Assembly (NCBI GenBank): GCA_040954595.2
Contig: CM082584.2
Coordinates: 13,819,337 to 13,883,336, forward strand
Origin: Balanoglossus misakiensis
Taxonomy: Eukaryota; Animalia; Hemichordata
Direction: 5' to 3'
DNA: 64,000 nucleotides
Shown here one piece after another: positions 41,187-55,400 of the stretch. The notes under the pieces were generated by a model that worked only from the letters and a program-made list of their open reading frames with translations, was not told the DNA's origin and ran no database searches. The position numbers and the translations under genes are program-made. Numbering within the stretch: position 1 is the first letter of the stretch; each line of letters begins with the position of its first letter.

Positions 41187-44100
41187 AGCTTTTTCCTTCA
41201 TTTTTTGAAAGTTAAAATGTCCCATTCTCAGAGTTATATTTAATTTTTATTTTCTGGGAGTCTTCAGACATTTTGGAAGGGGGGATTTTTATTTACTTCA
41301 GGTGTATGTCCAACAGTGTGTGTTTGCTGCAACCAATGGAGCTCCGTATTAAAGTTTTTTATAGCAAAGTCCTCCCTTACACAAGATTCTATGAACACTT
41401 TAGCTCCAAGAAAACCTTTTTAATTTTTGGAATAAAATTAGAACCTCTTCCTGTGGTACAAAAAATATGAAATGTGTGTAATTATAAATGTAATAACTAG
41501 ACTGATCCAGTCTTTCCTATCTTCCCCATGTAGTAGAGTTGCATATATTTTCGAGTTTTAAATGTTCTGGTGTTCCTTTTTTCGTTGTTGGTCTTGTTAC
41601 ATTTGTATCCAGAACATACCCACTGAAATGGGGAAGTTTTCCAGTTATTGGGGTCATCTCATTGAAGCAATTAGAAACCAGAGAACATTTTCAAATTGGT
41701 AAATAAATTTATTTACAGATTTTTATTTCAAAACCTTTTTTCTTGGTGAAGTCTGTTCCTGTATACTGATTTCAGAGTTTTCCAATTTCTTCTTACAGTG
41801 TGTGTGTGTGTGTATGTGAAAGCAAACAATTGGGAAGTAATCCATGAAACAACCCCTCACCCTGGGCCCTACCCACTCAATTTGTACAAGTCCATGTTCG
41901 AAGTGATACTGTCAGTCGTGGTTTATTCCATGTTATTTCATTCACATGATTGAGGGTCAAGGCAAATAGTAACCAGACAAATCTATGAACACCATGTGAG
42001 TTGGGTTAAGGATGTATGCGCAGAACATAAACTGATAAACAGTGCATGTGTGTCTCTTTTCCCCATAGGATTACATTGATAATTGCAAGAAAACAAACTT
42101 CTACTATTGTCATTTTCACGAAATTTTACACATAGCTCAAAGAAAAAATAAATTCAATGGTCATGTAAAATCGTATTATCACCACACTATTTTGAGATAA
42201 ATTTCGCTAAAACTTTTGCCCATAGACAAACCAAAATTATCGGTTGTGTATAGTACATGCTGGTTGTTTAATCTGTATTGATTTCATCGACGGAAGTTGG
42301 TATTTTCGGCAATTAAAACCGGCACACAAGACTTAATAATACTTAAGGAATGAAATTATAATTAATGCAGTTTTCTTATTTTGTTGCAAATGTATATCTG
42401 AAAGTTTGCAGTGGAGGAGCGTGATTTTATGTTCGGTCATTGGGTCTTCGGCTGCACTGACTTGTGGTGGTAGTGAAATCTGCAGAACGGTAAATGGCTT
42501 CGCTTCCGTTATTTTGAGAAACAACACTACTATAATTGAGGTATTTTCGTCTGGTAAACGATTGATAGGCAACATAAACCCAAATCTCCCTAACGACCAT
42601 GTTTGAAGCCAGGATATGATAATCGGAAAAAGCCAGTTGAGAAACGTCTCTACTTTCTTTGCGACAAAATGATCGAAATTCGCAAAGTCGGAAAACTCAT
42701 TTTTTGAAAAAATCATGAGCTATAATAATTTGTGGGCTTATGGCCGTTGGTGGCGTCCGATCCCGCTGCACAGGTGAGACACAGGATCATGGGAAATACA
42801 ATGCACCTGTGCTACGAGCTCATCCACGTTTTAAATGCAAATCGCGCAAAGCGACCCGGACTATCAAGAGAGCAACAACCTGCAGAACAAGAGGATTTTG
42901 TCTGACAAGCTACGGGAATTTCTACAGCCCGGAAACCAAGATAAAGAACATATTATCTACTAGGTAAGTAACCGGTATTTACTAAAATTAGCGCTCCGAC
43001 TTTCGACCCTAGTGAGGAAAAGGTGAAGACCTTCGTTAGTAATTCGAGCCTAGTTTTCGAGAGAGTAGTCGGAGTACTCGCCATTGTTCCAAGAAGCGAC
43101 GTGTTTTTTTCTTTTGAAACGTGGCGCGGACGCCCGGCCCAATTGCGTTCAGTTTTCAACACTTGCACCAAATAAATCTATTCACTAGTTTTTTTCTGAT
43201 GAGAGCCAAGGAACTATAGTTGTCGTGTTCAATTTTTGTCAGGAGTTTGACCTAGTTTAGCACAGGCTCTTTCACGTTTCATAAACAAGTATGTTGCCAA
43301 TAATATTTTGCCAACACGTTCACACTTTGAGTAAATTGATATTTTAATATTCTGGACGCAACGAATTTCTCTCGACACAGTGTTGTGTTGGCTCATATTT
43401 ATGCACCCCAATCAATCCCTTAATTTCGGACCAATTGGATAAGTAGTGCTGTTTATTTCCGTATTTCATGGCCTCCGGCCCAAAATTCTTTACATTTTCT
43501 TTTAAAACTTAAAACGGACGGGAATACTTAAACTTATTTCATAATTGAAAATCATCTGTCTTTTCTCACTCCCATGATAGCATGAAAAAAGCAATGCTGC
43601 TGAACACTGTAGAAAGGTACCATCGTTTGAATTCATAAGGAAAAAATCTTTCTGTTAGTCGGTGGGTTAAAATACATCGTAAGAATATATTTTAGTCTGT
43701 GACTGGAACAAAGTACAACACAATAGGAAATGATGTTCATCTTCATTTTCGTTACTGTCACACAACAAGCAAATCATTTTGTTTTATCTACTCTGTGCTT
43801 TCTATCTGTTATCAAAAAACGTTCATGAAAAGCTGCATGAAAAAAAATATCTTCCTAAATTCACAATTTCGTCACCGTAATTATTTTCAAAAAGATCATT
43901 TTGTAGTTCAAAGATGCCATATAATATCTAAATTTTAATAACAAGTGATATGTAATCAAAAAGGGAGGTTCTGTAACATGCATTTAAAAACGGGGGTCCC
44001 CACACCCGTTTTCCTGTAAACCCACAAAATGCTGTTCATACTATAATATTGCATATATAGTTCTAAATATCCAACCGATAGAGGGTGCTGTTTAATATTC

Positions 44101-45114
44101 GTACTTTGAGTACGATAATACTTTTTTGTTGTACGTTAAACTTGGTCAACTATTTAACACATAATTTCGCCGTATATACTGTAAACACTCAGGATTTTTT
44201 TCGCGACAGGAAATTTTCGCGATATCAAAAGAGGCGACTGTTACGCGATTCATTTTTCGCGTTCGTATATTTCACTAATTGCATCGTTATTTCTGTAAAA
44301 TTTCCATTCTACGATTATTTGTCGCATTAGTAGCACGATTCTTGGCTGCAAACCTTCATGTTCAAACAAATTGTGTAATGTTTATCAAAGTCATGAAACT
44401 GCAACCATTTTTATGCGTACGTGTATTTGTCTTTTTGCCAGATTGTGCATGAATGTAGCCGAGCTGGTGTGTTGCATTTCACGATGTCAATCACACATGT
44501 TTATTCGCGACTGCATGCATTTAAGTTTCCATGGCATTGCAGTGAAGAACTTCACTCTTCAATTCTACTAATGCATGTTTTTATAGATCCGTATTCAATT
44601 TGAGTGTGTTTTATCATAGACCATGTAGGGTCCATGATCGCAGATGAAGATATCTGGATGTCAAATGAAGAGAAGACACAGGTTTTTAGTCAGCATTTGA
44701 AGAGTTTATAATGAGAATGAAGGGATTGCGTTCTGTCCAGTTTTCTCTTAAAGCGACAAAATCGCTTTTTGACCTTTCAACGATTTCAAGTATACATTGA
44801 TTACTCGTATTATGTTTGTGTTAAAAATTGATGTTGATTTGTAACCATCATTTCCTGTCATACAAAATCAATCTCTAAACGGTCCAAAATGATTGAATTT
44901 TGCTCCTTAATCTGTTGATCCAGTGAAGATTATGGCATTGACATTGACTTTCAGTATGCGTTCCCTTGATCACACTGGTTACTTGTGCAGAATTTCAATT
45001 ATGTTAATTAGCACACTTGTCTACTATTACAGTTGAGGAGCTACACAATTGTTGCAGCCATTGGGAAAACTTCATGACAAGAAGGATTCAGATTAGGACA
45101 CAGTATGAATTCTC

Positions 45115-45368
45115 ATACACATAAATACATACATACATACATACATACATACATACATACATACATACATACATACATACATACATACATACATACATAC
45201 ATACATACATACATACATACATACATACATACATACATACATACATACATACATACATACATACATACACACACATACACACATACACACATACATACAT
45301 ACATACATACATACATACATACATACATACATACATACATACATACATACATACATACATACATACAT
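45115..45368. repeat. (CATA)n microsatellite
   Basis: Direct reading; explains the MYVC/HTYI ORFs. Confidence 0.97.
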
Positions 45369-45848
45369 GAACATGTGCGTTTAATGTGTGTCAAATGAAA
45401 TATCAGAGAAAACAAGTCTGTAACCATTTAACTCAACTATGCTTATTAAACTGTAGCCTAAATGTCCATATGATTTAGTAATTCTAAGAATTACATGTAT
45501 GAATTGAGGAAATGTTGTTTAGTGAATTGTGCAGTCAAAGCAAATTGATTCAATCTAGAAAACTGTTTGTGCCATTTCAGCCAATTTTTCTAACTTCAAT
45601 ATTAACGTACTAACACACCATTAACTAACTATAACAACTAACACTTTGGCTGGAGTGGTATAAGCAGGCTATGAGAAACTTGTATTCTTGTGACTATTTC
45701 TATTTTTCATAATGAGCCAGTTAAAGGTATACAGATGAAATTAAGTAATGTATTCTAACTCAATTTAAATTAGCTGTATTTTCCAAAACCTGAAAGTGAA
45801 GGCCAAGAAAATTATTCATTTCAAATTTTAGGGTACAGAATTGTTCTC

Positions 45849-46285
45849 TATGTATGTATGTATGTATGTATGTATGTATGTATGTATGTATGTATGTATG
45901 TATGTATGTATGTATGTATGTATGTATGTATGTATGTATGTATGTATGTATGTATGTATGTATGTATGTATGTATGTATGTATGTATGTGTGTATGTGTG
46001 TATGTGTGTATGTGTGTATGTGTGTATGTGTGTATGTGTGTATGTGTGTATGTGTGTATGTGTGTGTGTGTGTATGTATGCAATGTATGCATGTATGTAT
46101 GTAATGTATGCATGTATGTATGTAATGTATGCATGTATGTATGTAATGTATGCATGTATGTATGTAATGCATGCATGTATGTATGTAATGTATGCATCGA
46201 TGTATGTAATGTATGCATGCATGTATGTATGTAATGTATGCATGCATGTATGTAATGTATGCATGTATGTAATGTATGTGTATGT
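45849..46285. repeat. (TATG)n / compound microsatellite, inverted relative to 45115-45368
   Basis: Direct reading; degenerates into TGTGTA and ~21-bp ATGTAATGTATGCATGTATGT-like units. Confidence 0.95.
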
Positions 46286-46453
46286 GAATTCCTATTGTAT
46301 CCTTGTCCGAATTTTATCTTGTCATGAAGTTCTCCCAATGTCTACAATAGTTGAGAAGCTTTCCAACCGTGATGGTAGATAAATTTAGCAAATGTTTTGG
46401 TAATTGTTTACTAGTGTGCTATAATATAACAGAAACTAACAATATTGAAGTAT

Positions 46454-49400
46454 AATTGCTTTAAGTTAAGCAGGAAGGATGGCGACAAAATTACAAATGA
46501 TGCCAATGGTAGAAGTGGACAAGGAATTGGTCTTCCAGTCAGCCAATAAAGTACTTGCATGATGATGGCAGATGAAGCAAGGTCAAGCATGAAAACTGAT
46601 GTTTAATTTCTAAATGGTGCCAACGGTAGAAGTGGACAAGGACTTGGTCTTGCAGTCAGCCAATAAACAACTTGCATGATGGCAGATGAAGATATATGGA
46701 TGTCAAATGAAGAAAACGTACAGGTTTGCAGTCAACAAGTGTATATAGTATTGGAACAAATTCAAACTTAACTCGTTGAATCAATTTTATAAAATATGTC
46801 ACAACTTTGTTCATTGATCATGGATATTTTTTTTTTCTGTTTTGTTAGAATATGGCGAAGAGTGCAGGCTGATGTTGTGTATCTGAATGTTGCCATTGGT
46901 AGAAGTGGACAAGGACTTGGTCTTGCTTTCACCCAATAAACTCTGTATGATAGCAGATGAAGATATTTGGATGTCAAATTAAGAAAACATGCAGGTTTGC
47001 AGTCAACATTTTAAGAGTGTATATAGTGTTGGAACAAATCCTAACTTAACTCATTGAATCAATTTTATAATATATGTCACCACTTTGTTCATTGATCATG
47101 AATAATTTGTTTTCTGTTGTTTTGTTAGAATATGGCGAAGAGTGCAGGCTGATGTTGTGTATCTGAATGTTGCCATTGGTAGAAGTGGAAAAGGACTTGG
47201 TTTCCAAGACACCCAATAAACTACTTGCATGATGGCAGACGAAGATATTTGGATGTCAAATTAAGAAAACATACAGGTTTGCAGTCAACATTTTAAGAGT
47301 GTATATAGTGTTGGAACAAATCCAAACTTAACTAATTGAATGAATTTTATAAAATATGTCACCACTTTGTTCATTGATCATGAATATTTTTTTTTCTGTT
47401 GTTTTGTTAGAATATGGCAAAGAGTGCAGGCTGATGTTGTGTATCTGAATGTTGCCAATGGTAGAAGTGGACAAGGACTTGGTCTTCCAGTCAGCCAATA
47501 AAGTACTTGCATGATGGCAGATGAAGCAAGTTCAAGCATGAAGACTGATGTTTAATTTCTAAATGGTGCCAACAGTAGAAGTGGACAAGGACTTGGTCTT
47601 GCAGTCAGCCAATAAACATCCTGCATGATGGCAGATGAAGATATTTGGATGTCAAATAAAGAAAACATACAGGTTTGCAGTCAACATTTTAAGAGTGTAT
47701 ATAGTATTGGAACAAATCCAAATTTAACTCATCGAATCAATTTATACAATCTTTCGCCAATTTGTTCATTAATCATGGATAATATTTTTCTGTTCTTTTG
47801 TTAGAATATGGCGAAGAGTGCAGGCTGATGTTGTGTATCTGAATGTTGCCATTGGTAGAAGTCGACAAGGACTTGGTCTTGCTTTCACTCAATAAACTCT
47901 GCATGATGGCAGATGAAGATATTTGGATGTCAAATAAAGAAAACATACAGGTTTGCAGTCAACATTTTAAGAGTGTATATAGTGTTGGAACAAATCCAAA
48001 CTTAACTAATTGAATCAATTTTATAAAATATGTCACCACTTTGTTCATTGATCATGAATAATTTTTTTTCTGTTGTTTTGTTAGAATATGGCAAAGAGTG
48101 CAGGCTGATGTTGTGTATCTGAATGTTGCTAATGGTAGAAGTGGACAAGGACTTGGTTTCCCAGTCACCCAATAAACTACTTGCATGATGGCAGATGAAG
48201 ATATTTGGATGTCAAATAAAGAACACATGCAGGTTTGCAGTCAACATTTTAATAGTGTATATAGTGTTGGAACAAATCCAAACTTAACTCATTGAATCAA
48301 TTTTATAAAATATGTCACCGCTTTGTTCATTGATCATGAATAATTTTTTTCTGTTGTTTTGTTAGAATATGGCGAAGAGTGCAGGCTGATTTTGTGTATC
48401 TGAATGTTGCCAATGGTAGAAGTGGACAAGGACATGGTCTTCCAGTCAGCCAATAAAGTACTTGCATGATGGCAGATGAAGCAAGTTCAAGCATGAAGAC
48501 TGATGTTTAATTTCTAAATGGTGCCAACAGTAGAAGTGGACAAGGACTTGGTCTTGCAGTCAGCCAATAAACATCCTGCATGATGGCAGATGAAGATATT
48601 TGGATGTCAAATAAAGAAAACATACAGGTTTGCAGTCAACATTTTAAGAGTGTATATAGTATTGGAACAAATCCAAATTTAACTCATCGAATCAATTTAT
48701 ACAATCTTTCGCCAATTTGTTCATTAATCATGGATAATATTTTTCTGTTCTTTTGTTAGAATATGGCGAAGAGTGCAGGCTGATGTTGTGTATCTGAATG
48801 TTGCCATTGGTAGAAGTGGACAAGGACTTGGTCTTGCTTTCACTCAATAAACTCTGCATGATGGCAGATGAAGATATTTGGATGTCAAATAAAGAAAACA
48901 TACAGGTTTGCAGTCAACATTTTAAGAGTGTATATAGTGTTGGAACAAATCCAAACTTAACTAATTGAATCAATTTTATAAAATATGTCACCACTTTGTT
49001 CATTGATCATGAATAATTTTTTTTCTGTTGTTTTGTTAGAATATGGCAAAGAGTGCAGGCTGATGTTGTGTATCTGAATGTTGCTAATGGTAGAAGTGGA
49101 CAAGGACTTGGTTTCCCAGTCACCCAATAAACTACTTGCATGATGGCAGATGAAGATATTTGGATGTCAAATAAAGAACACATGCAGGTTTGCAGTCAAC
49201 ATTTTAATAGTGTATATAGTGTTGGAACAAATCCAAACTTAACTAATTGAATCAATTTTATAAAATATGTCACCACTTTGTTCATTGATCATGAATAATT
49301 TTGTTTCTGTTGTTTTGTTAGAATATGGCGAAGAGTGCAGGCTGATGTTGTGTATCTGAATGTTGCCAATGGTAGAAGTGGACAAGAACTTGGTTTCCCA

Positions 49401-52400
49401 GTCACCCAATAAACTACTTGCATGATGGCAGATGAAGATATTTGGATGTCAAATAAAGAACACATGCAGGTTTGCAGTCAACATTTTAAGAGTGAATATA
49501 GTGTTGGAACAAATCCAAACTTAACTCATTGAATCAATTTTATAATATATGTCACCACTTTGTTCATTGATCATGAATATTTTTTTTTCTGTTGTTTTTT
49601 TAGAATATGGCAAAGAGTGCAGGCCGATGTTGTGTATCTCAATGTTTCCATTGATAGAAGTGGACAAGGACTTGGTTTCCCAGTCACCCAATAAACTACT
49701 TGCATGATGGCAGATGATGATATTTATTTGAATGTCAAATAAAGAAAACATACAGGTTTGCAGTCAACATTTTAAGAGTGTATATAGTGTTGGAACAAAT
49801 CCAAACTTAACTAATTGAATCAATTTTATAAAATATGTCACCACTTTGTTCATTGATCATGAATATTTTTTTTTCTGTTGTTTTGTTAGAATATGGCGAA
49901 GAGTGCAGGCTGATGTTGTGTATCTGAATGTTGCCAATGGTAGAAGTGGACAAGGACTTGGTCTTCCAGTCAGCCAATAAAGTACTTGCATGATGGCAAA
50001 TGAAGCAAGGTCAAGCATGAAGACTAATGTTTAATTTCTAAATGGTGCCAATGGTTGAAGTGGACAAGGACTTGGTCTTGCAGTCAGCCAATAAACAACT
50101 TACATGATGGCAGATGAAGATATATGGATGTCAAATAAAGAAAACGTACAGGTTTGCAGTCAACAAGTGTATATAGTATTGGAACAAATTCAAACTTAAC
50201 TCATTGAATCAATTTTTTAAAATATGTCACCACTTTGTTCATTGATCATGGATATTTTTGTTCTGTTTTGTTAGAATATGCCGAAGAGTGCAGGCTGATG
50301 TTGTGCATCTGAATGTTGCCATTGGTAGAAGTGGACAAGGACTTGGTCTTGCTTTCACCCAATAAACTCTGTATGATAGCAGATGAAGATATTTGGATGT
50401 CAAATAAAGAAAACATACAGGTTTGCAGTCAACATTTTAAGAGTGTATATAGTGTTGGAACAAATCCAAGCTTAACTCATTGAATCAATTTCATAAAAAA
50501 TGTCACCACTTTGTTCATTGATCTTGAATATTTTTTTCTGTTGTTTTGTCAGAATATGGCGAAGAGTGCAGGCTGATGTTGTGTATCTGAATGTTGCCAT
50601 TGGTAGAAGTGGACAAGGACATGGTTTCCCAGTCACCCAATAAACTACTTGCATGATGGCAGATGAAGATATTTGGATGTCAAATAAAGAACACATACAG
50701 GTTTGCAGTCAACATTTTAAGAGTGTACATAGTATTGGAACAAATCCAAACTTAACTCATTGCATTAATTTTATAAAATATGTCACCACTTTGTTCATTG
50801 ATCATGAATAATTTTTTTCTGTTGTTTTGTTAGAATATGGCAAAGAGTGCAGGCTGATGTTGTGTATCTGAATGTTGCCATTGGTAGGAGTGGACAAGGA
50901 CTTGGTTTCCCAGTAACCCAATAAACTACTTGCATGATGGCAGATGAAGCAAGGTCAAGCATGAAGACTGATGTTTAATTTCTAAATGGTGCCAACGGTA
51001 GAAGTGGACAAGGACTTGGTCTTGCAGTCAGCCAATAAACAACCTGCATGATGGCAGATGAAGATATTTGGATGTCAAATAAAGAAAACATACAGGTTTG
51101 CAGTCAACATTTTAAGAGTGTATATAGTATTGGAACAAATCCAAATTCAACTCATCGAATCAATTTATACAATCTTTCGCCAATTTGTTCATTAATCATG
51201 TATAATATTTTTCTGTTCTTTTGTTAGAATATGGCGAAGAGTGCAGGCTGATGTTGTGTATCTGAATGTTGCCATTGGTAGAAGTGGACAAGGACTTGGT
51301 CTTGCTTTCACTCAATAAACTCTGCATGATGGCAGATGAAGATATTTGGATGTCAAATAAAGAAAACATACAGGTTTGCAGTCAACATTTTAAGAGTGTA
51401 TATAGTGTTGGAACAAATCCAAACTTAACTAATTGAATCAATTTTATAAAATATGTCACCACTTTGTTCATTGATCATGAATAATTTTTTTTCTGTTGTT
51501 TTGTTAGAATATGGCAAAGAGTGCAGGCTGATGTTGTGTATCTGAATGTTGCTAATGGTAGAAGTGGACAAGGACTTGGTTTCCCAGTCACCCAATAAAC
51601 TACTTGCATGATGGCAGATGAAGATATTTGGATGTCAAATAAAGAACACATGCAGGTTTGCAGTCAACATTTTAATAGTGTATATAGTGTTGGAACAAAT
51701 CCAAACTTAACTAATTGAATCAATTTTATAAAATATGTCACCACTTTGTTCATTGATCATGAATAATTTTTTTTCTGTTGTTTTGTTAGAATATGGTGAA
51801 GAGTGCAGGCTGATGTTGTGTATCTGAATGTTGCCAATGGTAGAAGTGGACAAGAACTTGGTTTCCCAGTCACCCAATAAACTACTTGCATGATGGCAGA
51901 TGAAGATATTTGGATGTCAAATAAAGAACACATGCAGGTTTGCAGTCAACATTTTAATAGTGTATATAGTGTTGGAACAAATCCAAACTTAACTAATTGA
52001 ATCAATTTTATAAAATATGTCACCACTTTGTTCATTGATCATGAATAATTTGTTTTCTGTTGTTTTGTTAGAATATGGCGAAGAGTGCAGGCTGATGTTG
52101 TGTATCTGAATGTTGCCATTGGTAGAAGTGGAAAAGGACTTGGTTTCCAAGACACCCAATAAACTACTTGCATGATGGCAGACGAAGATATTTGGATGTC
52201 AAATTAAGAAAACATACAGGTTTGCAGTCAACATTTTAAGAGTGTATATAGTGTTGGAACAAATCCAAACTTAACTAATTGAATGAATTTTATAAAATAT
52301 GTCACCACTTTGTTCATTGATCATGAATATTTTTTTTTCTGTTGTTTTGTTAGAATATGGCAAAGAGTGCAGGCTGATGTTGTGTATCTGAATGTTGCCA

Positions 52401-55400
52401 ATGGTAGAAGTGGACAAGGACTTGGTCTTCCAGTCAGCCAATAAACTACTTGCATGATGGCAAATGAAGCAAGGTCAAGCATGAAGACTGATGTTTAATT
52501 TCTAAATGGTGCCAACGGTAGAAGTGGACAAGGACTTGGTCTTGCTTTCACCCAATAAACAACTTACATGATGGCAGATGAAGATATATGGATGTCAAAT
52601 AAAGAAAACGTACAGGTTTGCAGTCAACAAGTGTATACATTATTGGAACAAATTCAAACTTAACTAATTGAATCAATTTTCTAAAATATGTCACCACTTT
52701 GTTCATTGATCATGGATATTTTTTTTCTGTTGTTTGGTTAGAATATGGCGAAGAGTGCAGGCTGATGTTGTGTATCTGAATGTTGCCATTGGTAGAAGTG
52801 GACAAGGACTTGGTTTCCCAGTCACCCAATAAACTACTTGCATGATGGCAGATGAAGATATTTGAATGTCAAATAAAGAACACATGCAGGTTTGCAGTCA
52901 ACATTTTAATAGTGTACATAGTGTTGGAACAAATCCAAACTTAACTAATTGAATCAATTTTATAAAATATGTCACCACTTTGTTCATTGATCATGAATAA
53001 TTTTTTTTTCTGTTGTTTTGTTAGAATATGGCGAAGAGTGCAGGCTGATGTTGTGTATCTGAATGTTGCCATTGGTAGAAGTGGACAAGGACTTGGTTTC
53101 CCAGACACCCAATAAACTACTTGCATGATGGCAGATGAAGATATTTGGATGTCAAATTAAGAAAACATACAGGTTTGCAGTCAACATTTTAAGAGTGTAT
53201 ATAGTGTTGGAACAAATCCAAGCTTAACTCATTGAATCAATTTTATAAAATATGTCACCACTTTGTTCATTGATCATGAATAATTTTTTTCTGTTGTTTT
53301 GTTAGAATATGGCGAAGAGTGCAGGCTGATTTTGTGTATCTGAATGTTGCCAATGGTAGAAGTGGACAAGGACATTGTCTTCCAGTCAGCCAATAAAGTA
53401 CTTGCATGATGGCAGATGAAGCAAGTTCAAGCATGAAGACTGATGTTTAATTTCTAAATGGTGCCAACAGTAGAAGTGGACAAGGACTTGGTCTTGCAGT
53501 CAGCCAATAAACATCCTGCATGATGGCAGATGAAGATATTTGGATGTCAAATAAAGAAAACATACAGGTTTGCAGTCAACATTTTAAGAGTGTATATAGT
53601 ATTGGAACAAATCCAAATTTAACTCATCGAATCAATTTATACAATCTTTCGCCAATTTGTTCATTAATCATGGATAATATTTTTCTGTTCTTTTGTTAGA
53701 ATATGGCGAAGAGTGCAGGCTGATGTTGTGTATCTGAATGTTGCCATTGGTAGAAGTCGACAAGGACTTGGTCTTGCTTTCACTCAATAAACTCTGCATG
53801 ATGGCAGATGAAGATATTTGGATGTCAAATAAAGAACACATGCAGGTTTGCAGTCAACATTTTAAGAGTGAATATAGTGTTGGAACAAATCCAAACTTAA
53901 CTCATTGAATCAATTTTATAATATATGTCACCACTTTGTTCATTGATCATGAATATTTTTTTTCTGTTGTTTTTTTAGAATATGGCAAAGAGTGCAGGCC
54001 GATGTTGTGTATCTCAATGTTTCCATTGATAGAAGTGGACAAGGACTTTGTTTCCCAGTCACCCAATAAACTACTTGCATGATGGCAGATGATGATATTT
54101 ATTTGAATGTCAAATAAAGAAAACATACAGGTTTGCAGTCAACATTTTAAGAGTGTATATAGTGTTGGAACAAATCCAAACTTAACTAATTGAATCAATT
54201 TTATAAAATATGTCACCACTTTGTTCATTGATCATGAATATTTTTTTTTTCTGTTGTTTTGTTAGAATATGGCGAAGAGTGCAGGCTGATGTTGTGTATC
54301 TGAATGTTGCCAATGGTAGAAGTGGACAAGGACTTGGTCTTCCAGTCAGCCAATAAAGTACTTGCATGATGGCAAATGAAGCAAGGTCAAGCATGAAGAC
54401 TGATGTTTCATTTCTAAATGGTGCCAATGGTAGAAGTGGACAAGGACTTGGTCTTGCAGTCAGCCAATAAACAACTTACATGATGGCAGATGAAGTTATA
54501 TGGATGTCAAATAAAGAAAACGTACAGGTTTGCAGTCAACAAGTGTATATAGTATTGGAACAAATTCAAACTTAACTCATTGAATCAATTTTTTAAAATA
54601 TGTCACCACTTTGTTCATTGATCATGGATATTTTTGTTCTGTTTTGTTAGAATATGCCGAAGAGTGCAGGCTGATGTTGTGCATCTGAATGTTGCCATTG
54701 GTAGAAGTGGACAAGGACTTGGTCTTGCTTTCACCCAATAAACTCTGTATGATAGCAGATGAAGATATTTGGATGTCAAATAAAGAAAACATACAGATAC
54801 AAGGACTTGGTCTTGCTTTCACTCAATAAACTCTGCATGATGGCAGATGAAGATATTTGGATGTCAAATAAAGAAAACATACAGGTTTGCAGTCAACATT
54901 TTAAGAGTGTATATAGTGTTGGAACAAATCCAAACTTAACTAATTGAATCAATTTTATAAAATATGTCACCACTTTGTTCATTGATCATGAATAATTTTT
55001 TTTCTGTTGTTTTGTTAGAATATGGCAAAGAGTGCAGGCTGATGTTGTGTATCTGAATGTTGCTAATGGTAGAAGTGGACAAGGACTTGGTTTCCCAGTC
55101 ACCCAATAAACTACTTGCATGATGGCAGATGAAGATATTTGGATGTCAAATAAAGAACACATGCAGGTTTGCAGTCAACATTTTAATAGTGTATATAGTG
55201 TTGGAACAAATCCAAACTTAACTAATTGAATCAATTTTATAAAATATGTCACCACTTTGTTCATTGATCATGAATAATTTTTTTTCTGTTGTTTTGTTAG
55301 AATATGGTGATGAGTGCAGGCTGATGTTGTGTATCTGAATGTTGCCAATGGTAGAAGTGGACAAGAACTTGGTTTCCCAGTCACCCAATAAACTACTTGC

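Noticed and set aside
44179-44270. TA|CTGTAAA...TTTTCGCG MITE-like left end
   Set aside because: No matching right TIR found, so boundaries are unsupported
45088-46382. MYVC/HTYI repeat ORFs
   Set aside because: Translations of (CATA)n/(TATG)n microsatellites
47129-47276. Frame interrupted only by TGA codons (possible selenoprotein)
   Set aside because: No SECIS recognised, no selenoprotein similarity, and the frame is not preserved between units
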